Below, piece after piece: positions 35,456 to 46,199 of a stretch of DNA of 64,000 nucleotides. The notes under the pieces were generated by a model that was given only the letters and a program-made list of their open reading frames with translations, searched no databases and had not been told where the DNA came from. How positions within the stretch are numbered: position 1 is the stretch's first letter; every line of letters begins with the position of its first letter. Made by a program: the position numbers and the translations under genes. Origin of the DNA: Nanobdellota archaeon (GTDB lineage: Archaea; Nanobdellota; Nanobdellia; Pacearchaeales; GW2011-AR1); contig DAOWGX010000015.1 in assembly GCA_030641715.1 (NCBI GenBank), forward strand, positions 560 to 64,559, read 5' to 3'.

Positions 35456-38119
35456 ATGGATAAAAAAGTTATTACAGATATCTTAAAAGATAAACGATTT
35501 CAATGGATAGCGACGACAATCATCTTCCTAATCATATTATTCATGAGCTCCTCTATCAGAGTTTCTAACTGGGATTTATTAACAGACCAAACCACTGGAG
35601 AGAAGATTCCACTAGCCTTAGACCCTTATTATTTTCTGAGAATTGCCGAAACCATTTCAGAAACTGGCGAAAATATGCCGGAAGTAGATGTTATGAGAAA
35701 TAGCACCCCGTGGCATGCAGAAATCATGCCGAAAGTCGTCGTCGGAATGTATAACTTTGGAAATGTTTTCAATCCAAATTTAACATTAAGAGAAGTGAAC
35801 GTTTTTTCCCCAGTTGCATTTTATTTCGTCGGGTTGATAATATTTTTCTTCTTAGTTTACATTTTAACAAAATCTAAAGTTGCGGGTTTAATCTCGTCGG
35901 GTTTGTTAGCCTTTTCCCCCGCATACCTTTATCGGACAATGGCAGGTTTCTCGGATCACGAATCTATAGGTATGGTCGCCCTCTTCGCTTGCTTTTTATT
36001 TTACACATTGGCACTAAAGAATTTTGAGCAGAATTGGAAAAAGACAGTTCTCTATGGATTAGGTCTAGGATTTTTTACTGCATTCGTTTTAGCGACGTGG
36101 GGGGGTGCTATCACCCTCGTATTGATGGCCGTTCCCCTTTCGTTTTTATTATACTGGCTACTAAAAAATAAAGATAGGGTAAAAGCAATCGCGTTTTATC
36201 TTGCATGGATTATCTCAAGTATTCTGTTCCCGTTAATCTTCAACAACACCTTAGTAAAAGTTATGATTGGTAGATTCTCGACCACATACGGACTACTTAC
36301 TTTTGCAGTTCTTGGATTTATGCTAATTGATTACATCTTTGAGTTATTAATTAAAACAGGGAAAATCAAAATAAAAAAAGAGAATAAGATTTTGTATGTT
36401 CTCGGAAGTTCTGCAGTGATAGGATCCGTCGCCCTAACCTTTTTAGGTAAAAACATTCTGGCACTTTTGAAAGATGTTTGGTATGCAATTTTATTTCCCT
36501 TTGGAACCACCCGTGTAAATTTAACCGTCGCTGAGAATGCACAACCTTACCTGATGGATTGGATTAATCAAAATGGTCCAATGATTTTCTGGCTATTTGT
36601 TTTTGGAATTTTCTTTATGGGATTTGAACTTGGAAAGACCATTAAGTCGAAAAAGCATACCTTACTATTTAGTCTATCTTGGATGTTGATGATTTCTGCG
36701 ATGTTGTTTAGCAGAATTTCATCTTCGTCAATATTTAACGGAGAAAACCTTCTTAGTCAAGCAACATATTTAATGGGCCTTGGAATTTTCCTAGGATATT
36801 TTATTTGGTTGAAAATGCATCAAAAATTTAATGGAGAAAAATTGGATTCTTCTTTAATCCTACTCATCGTCTTGATGTTTGTCGTGGTTCTTAATGGTAG
36901 GTCGGCCATTAGAACTTTCTTTTTGATTACTCCGTTTGTTCTTTTAGGAGTCGGATATTTCGTAATGAAAATTTTCAAATATGCTCGAGAAAGCAAGGAA
37001 GAGATTTTAAAAATAGTCCTTTGGGGATTATTTTTATTTGCGATTGGAGGAGTTTTATTTTCTGTAAACACTTACAAAGAAAATATTACTAATCAGGCCA
37101 AGTATACAGGACCTAGTGCAAACGTGCAGTGGCAGGGAGCGATGTCTTGGGTTCGTAACAATACAGAAGAAAGCGATAAATTCATGCATTGGTGGGATTA
37201 TGGATATTGGGTACAAACACTTGGTGAGAGACCGACGAGTGGCGATGGGGGACACTTCCAAGGGTTCTATAACGGGAACATAAGAATCGGACGGTATCTT
37301 CTAACGACAGATAAGCCAGAAAGTGCATACAGCCTCATGAAAACCCATAATGTTTCATACTTATTGATAGACCCAACGGATTTAGGAAAGTACAGTGCCT
37401 ATTCCAAGATAGGCTCCGACGACGATTGGGATAGATTTTCCATGATTCCCGTGGGAGTTTCCGATGAAAAGAATATAAAAGAGACTGCGGATGGCGTAGC
37501 TCAAATTTATCAGTTGAATAGCATTGTCGACGAGGATATTTATTACGAAGATATTTTCTTGCCAGGTCCGAGTTATGATACCTATGGCAGACCTTCTTAC
37601 AAATCTTATATTATCGGGATCATCCTAAAAGTAGGTTCTGGGGAGAACGGGACAATCGAACAGCCAGAGGCCGTTTATGTTTATAATAATATTCAATATA
37701 AAATTCCCTTAAGAAGAATTTACTTCAATGGTCGGTTGCACGATTTTGATAGTGGATTAAATGCAACCCTTAGATTAATCCCCTCAGTTCAGCAATCGGG
37801 ACAAGGGATGACAGTCAACCCTCTAGGAGCAGCGATATATTTATCTCCGAGAACTGAAAAGACTTTGTTTGCGAAACTATATTTGATGGACGATCCTTTA
37901 AGAGAATATAGCGAGATTTCTTTGGCTCACTCTGAAGATGGTCCTGTCGTCAAAGCGATGAAGATGCAGAATGCCGCGATAAATGACTTCGTTTATTATC
38001 AAGGATTTCGAGGACCTATCAAGATTTGGGATGTTGATTATCCCGTTGGGACCCCAGTCTATGAAGAATTTTTGAAACCTTCTACAGGTTATGGGGATGT
38101 TGATTGGAGGTTTGAGTAG
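35456..38119 (+). CDS. aglB: Oligosaccharyltransferase AglB (STT3)
   Basis: ALDPYYFLR, GFSDHE, TVAEN, WWDYGYW, DGGH; many TM helices. Confidence 0.96.
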   Translation: MDKKVITDILKDKRFQWIATTIIFLIILFMSSSIRVSNWDLLTDQTTGEKIPLALDPYYFLRIAETISETGENMPEVDVMRNSTPWHAEIMPKVVVGMYNFGNVFNPNLTLREVNVFSPVAFYFVGLIIFFFLVYILTKSKVAGLISSGLLAFSPAYLYRTMAGFSDHESIGMVALFACFLFYTLALKNFEQNWKKTVLYGLGLGFFTAFVLATWGGAITLVLMAVPLSFLLYWLLKNKDRVKAIAFYLAWIISSILFPLIFNNTLVKVMIGRFSTTYGLLTFAVLGFMLIDYIFELLIKTGKIKIKKENKILYVLGSSAVIGSVALTFLGKNILALLKDVWYAILFPFGTTRVNLTVAENAQPYLMDWINQNGPMIFWLFVFGIFFMGFELGKTIKSKKHTLLFSLSWMLMISAMLFSRISSSSIFNGENLLSQATYLMGLGIFLGYFIWLKMHQKFNGEKLDSSLILLIVLMFVVVLNGRSAIRTFFLITPFVLLGVGYFVMKIFKYARESKEEILKIVLWGLFLFAIGGVLFSVNTYKENITNQAKYTGPSANVQWQGAMSWVRNNTEESDKFMHWWDYGYWVQTLGERPTSGDGGHFQGFYNGNIRIGRYLLTTDKPESAYSLMKTHNVSYLLIDPTDLGKYSAYSKIGSDDDWDRFSMIPVGVSDEKNIKETADGVAQIYQLNSIVDEDIYYEDIFLPGPSYDTYGRPSYKSYIIGIILKVGSGENGTIEQPEAVYVYNNIQYKIPLRRIYFNGRLHDFDSGLNATLRLIPSVQQSGQGMTVNPLGAAIYLSPRTEKTLFAKLYLMDDPLREYSEISLAHSEDGPVVKAMKMQNAAINDFVYYQGFRGPIKIWDVDYPVGTPVYEEFLKPSTGYGDVDWRFE

Positions 38120-38120
38120 G

Positions 38121-38972
38121 ATGATTGTGGTAAGAATTGTAGGGGGACTTGGAAATCAATTATTCCAGTATACGATGGCTAAAGCTTTAGCAGTTAAACA
38201 TAACGTACAGATAGGGGTGGATGCAACCTCGCTCAAAGGAAGAGACAAGGAGGGTCATTTTAGAAGAAAATTTAAATTAAATAGACTTAATGTCGATTTT
38301 GAGGAAATACCTTTGAAAAAAATAAGAAAATATATTTGGATAACGGGGAATAAATATATCGATGATCCTATTATTAGAAGATTCAGACTTTTTGAAAAAA
38401 ATGTTTGGCGAGACAATGGCATAATAAAAGATTTTAATAAATTACCTAATGATATTTATTTGGATGGTTATTTTGGTAATCCAGATTACCTTAAAGGCTT
38501 GCATAAAATACTTCAAAAGGAAATCAGATTAAGAGATACAAAACCTATTAAAGAAATATTAAAAAGTGTTAAGAGCTCCAACTCTGTTTCAATACATGTT
38601 CGCCGAGGAGATTTGTTAAAACTAGAAAATTCATACATCCTCCCATTAAATTATTATAAACAAGCAATTAAAATTATAACAAAGAAAATAAAAAACCCCA
38701 AATATTATATTTTTTCCGATGATATTAATTGGTGTAAAAAAAAATTTAACTTTTTGAAAAACACATGTTTTGTTGAAGGATATGATGTTACGCAAGATTT
38801 TGAATTAATGAAAAATTGCAAACATAACATTTTAGCAAATAGTTCTTTAAGTTGGTGGGTGGGTTATTTAAATTCCAATAGAAATTCTATTATTATTGCA
38901 CCGAAACATTTTGGAGTATGGAAAATTCACCCCGGGAAAGAACCAAGTTTAAAAAAATGGATTGTTATTTAA
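38121..38972 (+). CDS. GT11 alpha-1,2-fucosyltransferase-like
   Basis: GGLGNQLFQY, SIHVRRGD, FSDDINWCK, ANSSLSWW; start ATG 38121. Confidence 0.92.
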   Translation: MIVVRIVGGLGNQLFQYTMAKALAVKHNVQIGVDATSLKGRDKEGHFRRKFKLNRLNVDFEEIPLKKIRKYIWITGNKYIDDPIIRRFRLFEKNVWRDNGIIKDFNKLPNDIYLDGYFGNPDYLKGLHKILQKEIRLRDTKPIKEILKSVKSSNSVSIHVRRGDLLKLENSYILPLNYYKQAIKIITKKIKNPKYYIFSDDINWCKKKFNFLKNTCFVEGYDVTQDFELMKNCKHNILANSSLSWWVGYLNSNRNSIIIAPKHFGVWKIHPGKEPSLKKWIVI

Positions 38973-39022
38973 AATGAAAATATTAATAAAAATAAAATTG
39001 ACTAACGGGAGAGATCGTAGAT

Positions 39023-39994
39023 ATGACCGATAGAACATCTATAGTAGTTACAATTAGAACATCCCTTGGAAATACTCTTAATTTTGTTAGCTACCATCTT
39101 AATATTGGTATAGATCATATCTATCTCTTTTTCGATAATCCTGATGATCCTGCAATAAATTTCCTTTCAAAAAACAAAAAAGTTACCTGTTTCAAATGTA
39201 ATTTAAATCATTGGTCAAAATTAACTAATAAAAAAAAGCTGTCGATAGAAGAAAGACAAAAACTTAATGCAGATATGGCATTTAAGAAAGCTAAAAAAGA
39301 AAGCTATAATTGGATTGCCCACATAGATAGTGATGAATTAATTTATACTAGAGGATCCTTAAAAATTCTTTTGTCCAAAGTTCCAAAGGAGATACAAGTT
39401 CTTCGATTAAGAACCATGGAAGCAGTTCCTGAGAAATGCGAAGACAAAAACTTATTTAGAGAGATTACCTTATTTAAAAACCTGGGGCAGATTTCAAAAA
39501 TTTATTATTCACATAAAAAAATTCTCCAAAAAATAGTTCCTTTGTTAAAAAAATGCGAAGGCAATATTTCCGGAATTTACTTTAGGGCACATGCTGTTGG
39601 AAAATCAATAATACGTACAAACTCAAATATAAATCGTGTCGAAATCCATGAGCCTTCTCCGAAAGAGGGATGTAAATTAAAATGTATGTTCGTTTCTAAT
39701 GCCTCTCTTTTGCATTTTGATTCTTGTTCTTTTGAAGATTGGAAATTAAAATGGATTAGACGACTTGACGGAACTGCTACAGCTAAGGGGCTATGCAATG
39801 TAGAGGCTAGACTATTAGAGGATTTTGCGAAAGCTTACGAAATTAAGGATATAAACAAGATATACAAACTTTATAGAAAACAGTATTTTATGTCTTGGAT
39901 TAAAAAATTTATTTTTAAGCGAGTAGGATTATTAAAGCAAATAAACTTAAATGAGAAATTATTCAGGTTATCAGAAAATTTTAAAGAAGAGTAA
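39023..39994 (+). CDS. GT-A glycosyltransferase (Glyco_tranf_2_4 / KOBITO1-like)
   Basis: YHLNIGIDHIYLFFDNP, WIAHIDSDELI, MEAVPE, EITLFKN, GKS, LLHFDSC. Confidence 0.8.
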   Translation: MTDRTSIVVTIRTSLGNTLNFVSYHLNIGIDHIYLFFDNPDDPAINFLSKNKKVTCFKCNLNHWSKLTNKKKLSIEERQKLNADMAFKKAKKESYNWIAHIDSDELIYTRGSLKILLSKVPKEIQVLRLRTMEAVPEKCEDKNLFREITLFKNLGQISKIYYSHKKILQKIVPLLKKCEGNISGIYFRAHAVGKSIIRTNSNINRVEIHEPSPKEGCKLKCMFVSNASLLHFDSCSFEDWKLKWIRRLDGTATAKGLCNVEARLLEDFAKAYEIKDINKIYKLYRKQYFMSWIKKFIFKRVGLLKQINLNEKLFRLSENFKEE

Positions 39995-40021
39995 TTTAAA
40001 AAAAATAGATTATTATTTAAA

Positions 40022-40951
40022 ATGAAAAAAATATTAAATAAAATACAAGATGATTATTTGCCTTTGTATACCTTCATGAAACAAATTTATGGGAATACCG
40101 TCGGAATGTGGTTCGCGAAAGAAATGTTTGTTAAATATATCGGATTCTATAACGGCAAAAAGCGTTTGAGGTTACTTAGTAATATCGAAAGTGATAAGAT
40201 TATAGTCGAAAAAGTTAAGTCCGGAAAACCTTTTATGTTAGGAAGGTTTGGTAGTAGCGAAGTCAGGGGAATTTTTAAAAATGAATTTGACATACTATGT
40301 TTTTATGCCGGATTTTTCCCGAGAGACAAAAGCCTATTGAGCAAATTTAAGAAAGTATATCTGGACGCAGCTAAATCTTTAGACATTTTAGCTATTTGGA
40401 ATTATAAAAATCATTTTTTAAATAAAATCAAATTACTCAGAACCTTACCGAATATTGAAAACATCATTCCCCTCCCTGCTGCAGGAGGCATAGATCGTCC
40501 CTGGATAAAAGAGCTAAAAGGAAAGAAGATTCTAGTAATCCATCCATTCAAAAAAACAATTGAAAGCCAGTATAAAAAAAGTGCACAACTAAAGATATTG
40601 CCAACTCTCAAAAGTCTCGAAGTGATAAAAGCAGTTCAAACCCTGGGAGACAACGAGGACAGCAGATTTAAAATATGGTTCGACGCATTGGACTTCATGA
40701 AAAAAGAAATCGATAAAAAAGATTTTGATATCGCATTGATTGCGTGCGGGGCTTATGGTTTACCTTTGGCAGCCCACGTTAAATCTATTGGAAAGCAGGC
40801 ACTGCATGTGGGAGGAGGGTTGCAGTTACTATTCGGAATAAGGGGTAAGCGATGGGATGACAAGATGGAATACAACAAATATTGGGTATCACCGATGAAA
40901 GAAGATTTCCTGAAAGACCATAAAAAGTTTGAAGGAGGATGTTATTGGTAA
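40022..40951 (+). CDS. Conserved polysaccharide-locus protein, putative glycosyltransferase
   Basis: GRFGSSE, KILVIHPF, ACGAYGLPLA, GGGLQLLFGIRGKRW, EGGCYW pattern typical of capsule-locus hypotheticals. Confidence 0.7.
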   Translation: MKKILNKIQDDYLPLYTFMKQIYGNTVGMWFAKEMFVKYIGFYNGKKRLRLLSNIESDKIIVEKVKSGKPFMLGRFGSSEVRGIFKNEFDILCFYAGFFPRDKSLLSKFKKVYLDAAKSLDILAIWNYKNHFLNKIKLLRTLPNIENIIPLPAAGGIDRPWIKELKGKKILVIHPFKKTIESQYKKSAQLKILPTLKSLEVIKAVQTLGDNEDSRFKIWFDALDFMKKEIDKKDFDIALIACGAYGLPLAAHVKSIGKQALHVGGGLQLLFGIRGKRWDDKMEYNKYWVSPMKEDFLKDHKKFEGGCYW

Positions 40952-41003
40952 AAGAATTTGAGAGTAGAATTAATTATTTATAGCCAATAATCTAAATTTA
41001 GAT

Positions 41004-41807
41004 TCATTTTTTATTTATAGCCAATATATTCTGAAAATTATATATCTCATAATAAGTCTTTTTTGAAAAATCAATCTTTAACAATCCTCTTGGAAGAAGC
41101 CTATATAAATCATAATCTTTTAACAATTCTCTAAAATCTTCCATAAAAACTTTTGAATAAACATTTATCCAATTAAATTCAAATTGAATGATCTTTATTT
41201 TTCCTTCTTCAATTAGTCTTTTTGCTCCTTGAAGAACTGACAACTCATTTCCTTCAACATCTATTTTCATAAAATCAATCTTATTGATATTTCTTTGTTT
41301 GCAAAAATCATTTAACTTTATTAGATGAATTTCCTCTCCTCGCAAATCTTCATTATTTCTAAATACATTATGTATGCTGGCAAGAGAGGATGCACCTTTA
41401 AATTTTGGATAATAAATCATTTCCTTAGAATCTTCTTTGCCTAATCCCCAGGGAATAAGTTCAATATTCTTATTTGTTCCATGAAGTTTTTTGTAGGCTA
41501 TAATATTTTCAGATACTGGCTCAAAAGCATAAATTTTAGAATTTGGAAAATATTTTACTAATTCTTTCGAGTAATGTCCAACATTTGCCCCAATATCAAA
41601 AATAATTTTAGTTTTTTTGCTTGATAATTTTGAAAGAATAAATTCTTCTCCTGTGTCCGATAGGTTGCCATCAAGACTTACGCCCATTCCTTTTAAGGCA
41701 AGGCAAAGGAATAGTTTGTGTAGTTTATAAAAACAACTTCTTGAAAAAATGAAGCGATACAAATGGTCTGCAATCATTTTAGTTTTCATTTTCCTTATTT
41801 CCAACAT
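41004..41807 (-). CDS. FkbM-family methyltransferase
   Basis: IFDIGANVG, AFEP, MKIDVEGNELSVLQG, IQFE. Confidence 0.93.
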   Translation of the reverse strand: MLEIRKMKTKMIADHLYRFIFSRSCFYKLHKLFLCLALKGMGVSLDGNLSDTGEEFILSKLSSKKTKIIFDIGANVGHYSKELVKYFPNSKIYAFEPVSENIIAYKKLHGTNKNIELIPWGLGKEDSKEMIYYPKFKGASSLASIHNVFRNNEDLRGEEIHLIKLNDFCKQRNINKIDFMKIDVEGNELSVLQGAKRLIEEGKIKIIQFEFNWINVYSKVFMEDFRELLKDYDLYRLLPRGLLKIDFSKKTYYEIYNFQNILAINKK

Positions 41808-41860
41808 TTTTATATTTACAGATGATGTCAGTATAAAAAGATATGCATCCTAAGGTAGAT

Positions 41861-41965
41861 ATGAATGGAAAATCTATCCCTATTATTATGAAAGAAATTT
41901 TCGGAATATTAAAAAAAGAAAAAGAGTATTCAATTAGAAATTTATCATTAAAGATTAAGTCTTAG
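41861..41965 (+). pseudogene. Possible truncated HTH regulator remnant
   Basis: MNGKSIPIIMKEIFGILKKEKEYSIRNLSLKIKS, then TAG TAG (possibly mutated CAG TGG); resembles the first helices of a winged helix. Confidence 0.35.
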
Positions 41966-42172
41966 TAGATAATATTATATGCTAGTTCATTTTCACGCAA
42001 ACTGAAACAACACAATATTTAAATATAATAAACAAATAAAAGATGATGATAAATATTTATAATCATTTTCTATTAGTTGACAAGTTAGATTTTTTAAAAA
42101 TAAAGTTACCTAAATTGCACAGTCTTAAGAATCATTACGAATTTTATAACAAAATTAATATAAAAATACAAA

Positions 42173-43252
42173 ATGATTAACAAGGTAAATAATCTTAAAG
42201 AGGACTCAGCAATTTTAACTACCATTCGAGGGGGGTTTAACCAATTCTATGCCCAGCAAAAATGGTCCTTAACTGGTCCGAACAAGAAACTAAATGAGAA
42301 ACTTTTAGAAGAAATAAGAAGTAGCACAGTATTTAGAAATGAAGGATACTCGGATTATAAAATGACTTCCTTGCCAAAATCTCCTAGTACAATTACTAAA
42401 AGACAATTAGTTAAAGATATATTTTACCTAGGAGAAAAAGTAGACTTTCCTAAATCAATTGTTAAGAAGATTAGTCAACATCATGCTTGGAAAATAGAAA
42501 GGATTGGAATAAAGAATCCAAAAAAAATATTAGCTGTCGGAGTTTCTAATGGAGGAGAACTTATAGCATTGAGGGCGATGTACCCTCGTGCAGAAATATT
42601 CGTTTGTGATTGGATTATCTCTCTATCAAAAAAAATGATTGATGAACTAAATATAAAAAACGTAAAAAAATCGACAATATGTGAATATTTAAAACATAAC
42701 AATGAATTCGATATAATTTATACCAACCATGTCTTAGAACATATGTTTAATCCCGACGAAACAATTTCATTATTATTTAAATCCTTAAAAAAAGGAGGCG
42801 TGCTAAGTTCAGGAATGCCCTTAGAAGGAGACGTCAGAAATCCTTTAAAAAACAGGACAATTAGACTCTTATCTGGAAAAGCATTCTATAGAAAATTTAA
42901 TATGGGAACTGTAAACATTGGACATCCTTGGAAAACAACTTATTCCGACCTTTGTCTAACCTTAAGACGTTCCGGTTTCAAAAAAATCGAATTCTTTAAA
43001 TTTGATGATTATACCGCCGCATGGCACATTGTAAATCCATTACCAAAAGAAAAAGTTGCTAAAAATTTGAAAATCAGATTAATTTTAGAAAAACTTATTT
43101 TTGGGACTATAAGAAATATTTTCTATAAGATAGACAAAGTTCCGAACATTATTCTTAGAGTATATTATAATTTTATGCATGCTTCCTGGTTCGGAGAGAG
43201 TAGGATTGTGGCTGATTTCACTCCTGAAGTATTTTTTGTAGCAAAAAAATAA
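42173..43252 (+). CDS. Class I SAM-dependent methyltransferase
   Basis: KILAVGVSNGGE, FDIIYTNHVLEHMFNP, LKKGGVL. Confidence 0.85.
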   Translation: MINKVNNLKEDSAILTTIRGGFNQFYAQQKWSLTGPNKKLNEKLLEEIRSSTVFRNEGYSDYKMTSLPKSPSTITKRQLVKDIFYLGEKVDFPKSIVKKISQHHAWKIERIGIKNPKKILAVGVSNGGELIALRAMYPRAEIFVCDWIISLSKKMIDELNIKNVKKSTICEYLKHNNEFDIIYTNHVLEHMFNPDETISLLFKSLKKGGVLSSGMPLEGDVRNPLKNRTIRLLSGKAFYRKFNMGTVNIGHPWKTTYSDLCLTLRRSGFKKIEFFKFDDYTAAWHIVNPLPKEKVAKNLKIRLILEKLIFGTIRNIFYKIDKVPNIILRVYYNFMHASWFGESRIVADFTPEVFFVAKK

Positions 43253-43307
43253 CCTCATTCCATACAATCCTCGATATCTTTAAATAGATAACATTATCAA
43301 AATATAC

Positions 43308-44234
43308 ATGACAAAAATTTACGATTGTTTCCTATTCTTTAATGAACTTGATTTATTAGAAATAAGACTCAGCGAATTAAATGATTTTGTAGATTATTTC
43401 GTTTTAGTTGAAGCTAGGCAAAACCATCAAGGCAAATCGAAACCACTTTATTTCAAGGAGAACAAAGAGAGATTTAAAAAATGGAATGATAAAATAATTC
43501 ATATTATAGTTGATTTACCAAGATTTAATTTTATGGACAGACTCATGGTTAATTTAGAAAAAGGGAGACTTAGGGAGCCTATCAGAAAAATAAATGGAAT
43601 TGGATTTTTTGGGATGGGATTTGGAGGTTTAAAAATGGATCATTGGCAAAGAAGGCTTATTATCAAAGGATTAAAAAAATGTGGGGATGAGGATATCATT
43701 GTCGTATCTGATTTAGACGATATCCCGCGTTCAGAAAAAATGAGAGAAGTGATAGAATTATTGACAAAGCATAAAGTTGTAACAATAGAAACAGATTTCT
43801 ATAATTATTATATCAATGGAAAGGTGTGTGCCCTAAATGGAAGTCAAATAAAACGGGCTCAGGTACGTGCATGCAAATTTAAAACATTAAAAAAAGAATT
43901 TTTCTCTAATCCGCATTTTCTTAGAAGTCCTTTTGATAGTCCCTTAGGGAGAATAGGGATAATACCTCGAAATAGCTATTTGCTAAAAGATGCTGGCTGG
44001 AGTTTTTGCTCAGTTGGAGGAGCGGAAAAAGTCAAATTAAAAATAGAGTCTTTCTGCCATAGTGGAGAATTTAAAGATAAAGAATATTCAAACATATCCG
44101 AGATATCAAAAAAAATAGAATCTGGTGAATCTCTTGGAAGCGATCTTCACGTAGAATATATCAGAGTAGATAATACTTTTCCAAAGACAGTATTGGATAA
44201 CAAAAAGAAATTTTCACATATTATAAAAGAATAA
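43308..44234 (+). CDS. GT17 beta-1,4-N-acetylglucosaminyltransferase-like (MGAT3 family)
   Basis: IYDCFLFFNELDLLEIRL.EL..VDYFVLVEA, KPLYF, SDLDDIP, GWSF. Confidence 0.88.
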   Translation: MTKIYDCFLFFNELDLLEIRLSELNDFVDYFVLVEARQNHQGKSKPLYFKENKERFKKWNDKIIHIIVDLPRFNFMDRLMVNLEKGRLREPIRKINGIGFFGMGFGGLKMDHWQRRLIIKGLKKCGDEDIIVVSDLDDIPRSEKMREVIELLTKHKVVTIETDFYNYYINGKVCALNGSQIKRAQVRACKFKTLKKEFFSNPHFLRSPFDSPLGRIGIIPRNSYLLKDAGWSFCSVGGAEKVKLKIESFCHSGEFKDKEYSNISEISKKIESGESLGSDLHVEYIRVDNTFPKTVLDNKKKFSHIIKE

Positions 44235-45056
44235 TCATAGGTTTATTGTGCTTTGTAAACATTTAGAAATTCCTTCCCTAACTTTAATTTGAGGATTATA
44301 TCCTAGAGCTCTTATTTTTGAGATATCAATTTTTACTTTTTGAGGTTGTTCTATTTCATGAGGCGCAAATCTAATTTTTGATAAACTTTTTGTTTGAGAG
44401 ATTATCTCATTTGCAACATCTATTAATTTCATTTCATCATTTCCTGCAATATCATAACTTTCATTCCACCTTTGCAAAGAAAGTATCACTCCTTCAACAA
44501 AATCATCTACATATGTAAAATCTAGGGTTTTGTCTTTATCTCCAAAAATAACCAACTCTTTATTATTTTTTGCATTATTTATGAAAATACTCATTAATCT
44601 CTTTGTGATATCCTCTCCAGGACCATAAACAGTGCTTGGCCTAATTATGATGTAATCTATCCCGTAACATTTTTTATAGGCTTCACAAAGTTCCTCCCCA
44701 TATAGTTTTGAAGAAGTATAGGTATTTTTTTCAGGACATAAAACTCTTGTAGACGAAAAATAAACTATTTTAGGTATTTTGTTTTTCCTACAAAATTCTA
44801 ATGAATTAAAAATTCCTTCTACATTTTCAAAGGCCCACTCAGGATTATCTACACATTTATTTATCTTACAATTTGAAGCTAAGTGAAACAAAATATCTGC
44901 CTTTGAAATTTCTTTTTTAGAGAGATTCCTTACATCAAGAGGATTACTTTTGTCTCTTAAATCAACACTTAAAATACATTCATTTCCACCCCCCTCTAAT
45001 CTTTGTTTTAATCTCCTCCCAATAAGTCCTTTATGACCTGTAATTATAAAATTCAT
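44235..45056 (-). CDS. NAD-dependent sugar epimerase/dehydratase (extended SDR)
   Basis: ITGHKGLIG, YTSSK (YxxxK), RPSTVYGP, DFTYVDD. Confidence 0.92.
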   Translation of the reverse strand: MNFIITGHKGLIGRRLKQRLEGGGNECILSVDLRDKSNPLDVRNLSKKEISKADILFHLASNCKINKCVDNPEWAFENVEGIFNSLEFCRKNKIPKIVYFSSTRVLCPEKNTYTSSKLYGEELCEAYKKCYGIDYIIIRPSTVYGPGEDITKRLMSIFINNAKNNKELVIFGDKDKTLDFTYVDDFVEGVILSLQRWNESYDIAGNDEMKLIDVANEIISQTKSLSKIRFAPHEIEQPQKVKIDISKIRALGYNPQIKVREGISKCLQSTINL

Positions 45057-45272
45057 TTTATAATAAAAAAACATTATTTATTTGCATAAAATTAAACAAG
45101 ACAAAAAGTATTTAATTGTTTCTATTTAATCGGTTTCGCCAAGAGTTTCAAAATTAAAAACAAAAATTAATTAGATTGAAAAACAAAGAGCAAATCGAGA
45201 TTTCTTTTTTATTGATTCTGAACAATACCCAATTAAGAGTAATTATATAAACTTGAATTAATTTATTTGGAA

Positions 45273-46169
45273 ATGAATAAGTCAAAACTTACAACTCCAA
45301 TACTTTATCTCGCCTTCAATCGTCTAGATTCTGTTAAAAAAACATTCCCTGAGATACAAAAAGCAAAACCGAAACAGCTATTCATTGCATGCGACGGCCC
45401 ACGGAACAAAGAAGAGAAAGAAAAAACAGATTCCGTCAGAAAATACATCTTGAAAAACATCAATTGGAAATGTAAAGTTAAAACTTTATTCAGAAATAAA
45501 AATTTAGGATGCAAATATGCCGTCGCTGGAGCGATTAATTGGTTTTTCAAAAATGTTGAACAAGGGATTATCTTAGAAGACGATTGCTTGCCAGACCAAA
45601 GTTTTTTTAGATTTTGTCAGGAGATGCTGGAGAAATATAAAAATAATGAGAAAATAATACAGATTAGTGGAACTAGTTTTTTTAGTAAAAAAAGAAATAA
45701 ATATTCATATATATTTTCAAGATATGGCAATATATGGGGATGGTCCACATGGAGAAGATCATGGAAGAATTATGACGTGGATTTAAAAAATTATGATAAA
45801 TTCAACCAATTAAAATGGAAAGAAAAAATAAAATTTTTTGATAAAATTTTGAAAAGATATTATTTTTGGCTTGTAAAAAAAAAAGGGATAAATACATGGG
45901 ATTACCAATGGAACATTACTAGATCTAAAGTTGGAGGGTTAAGTATTATCCCCTCAGTCAATTTAATAGAAAATATAGGATTCAATGGATCAGGGACGCA
46001 TACAACAAGAATGGCAAAACTTACAAATAGAGAAAATCTCCACTTCCCAATTACACATCCTAAAAAATTTGAGGAAGATTTTAGATATAATTCACTTTAT
46101 TATATAAAAAAATCTATCCCGTCTGCCATGAAAACATGTGTGCGAATAATTTTAAATTTTTTTAGTTAA
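45273..46169 (+). CDS. Nucleotide-diphospho-sugar transferase (HlpA-like GT-A)
   Basis: PILYLAFNR, CDGPR, NLGCK, IILEDDC, WGWSTW, TWDYQW, NLIENIGF. Confidence 0.88.
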   Translation: MNKSKLTTPILYLAFNRLDSVKKTFPEIQKAKPKQLFIACDGPRNKEEKEKTDSVRKYILKNINWKCKVKTLFRNKNLGCKYAVAGAINWFFKNVEQGIILEDDCLPDQSFFRFCQEMLEKYKNNEKIIQISGTSFFSKKRNKYSYIFSRYGNIWGWSTWRRSWKNYDVDLKNYDKFNQLKWKEKIKFFDKILKRYYFWLVKKKGINTWDYQWNITRSKVGGLSIIPSVNLIENIGFNGSGTHTTRMAKLTNRENLHFPITHPKKFEEDFRYNSLYYIKKSIPSAMKTCVRIILNFFS

Positions 46170-46199
46170 CTCTTTAAAGAGTAAATCATTTTTACCGTG

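Noticed and set aside
45125..45210. 14-bp match (TTGTTTTTAATTTT, reverse strand) to the element near 9906
   Set aside because: Low-complexity AT-rich match, plausible by chance.
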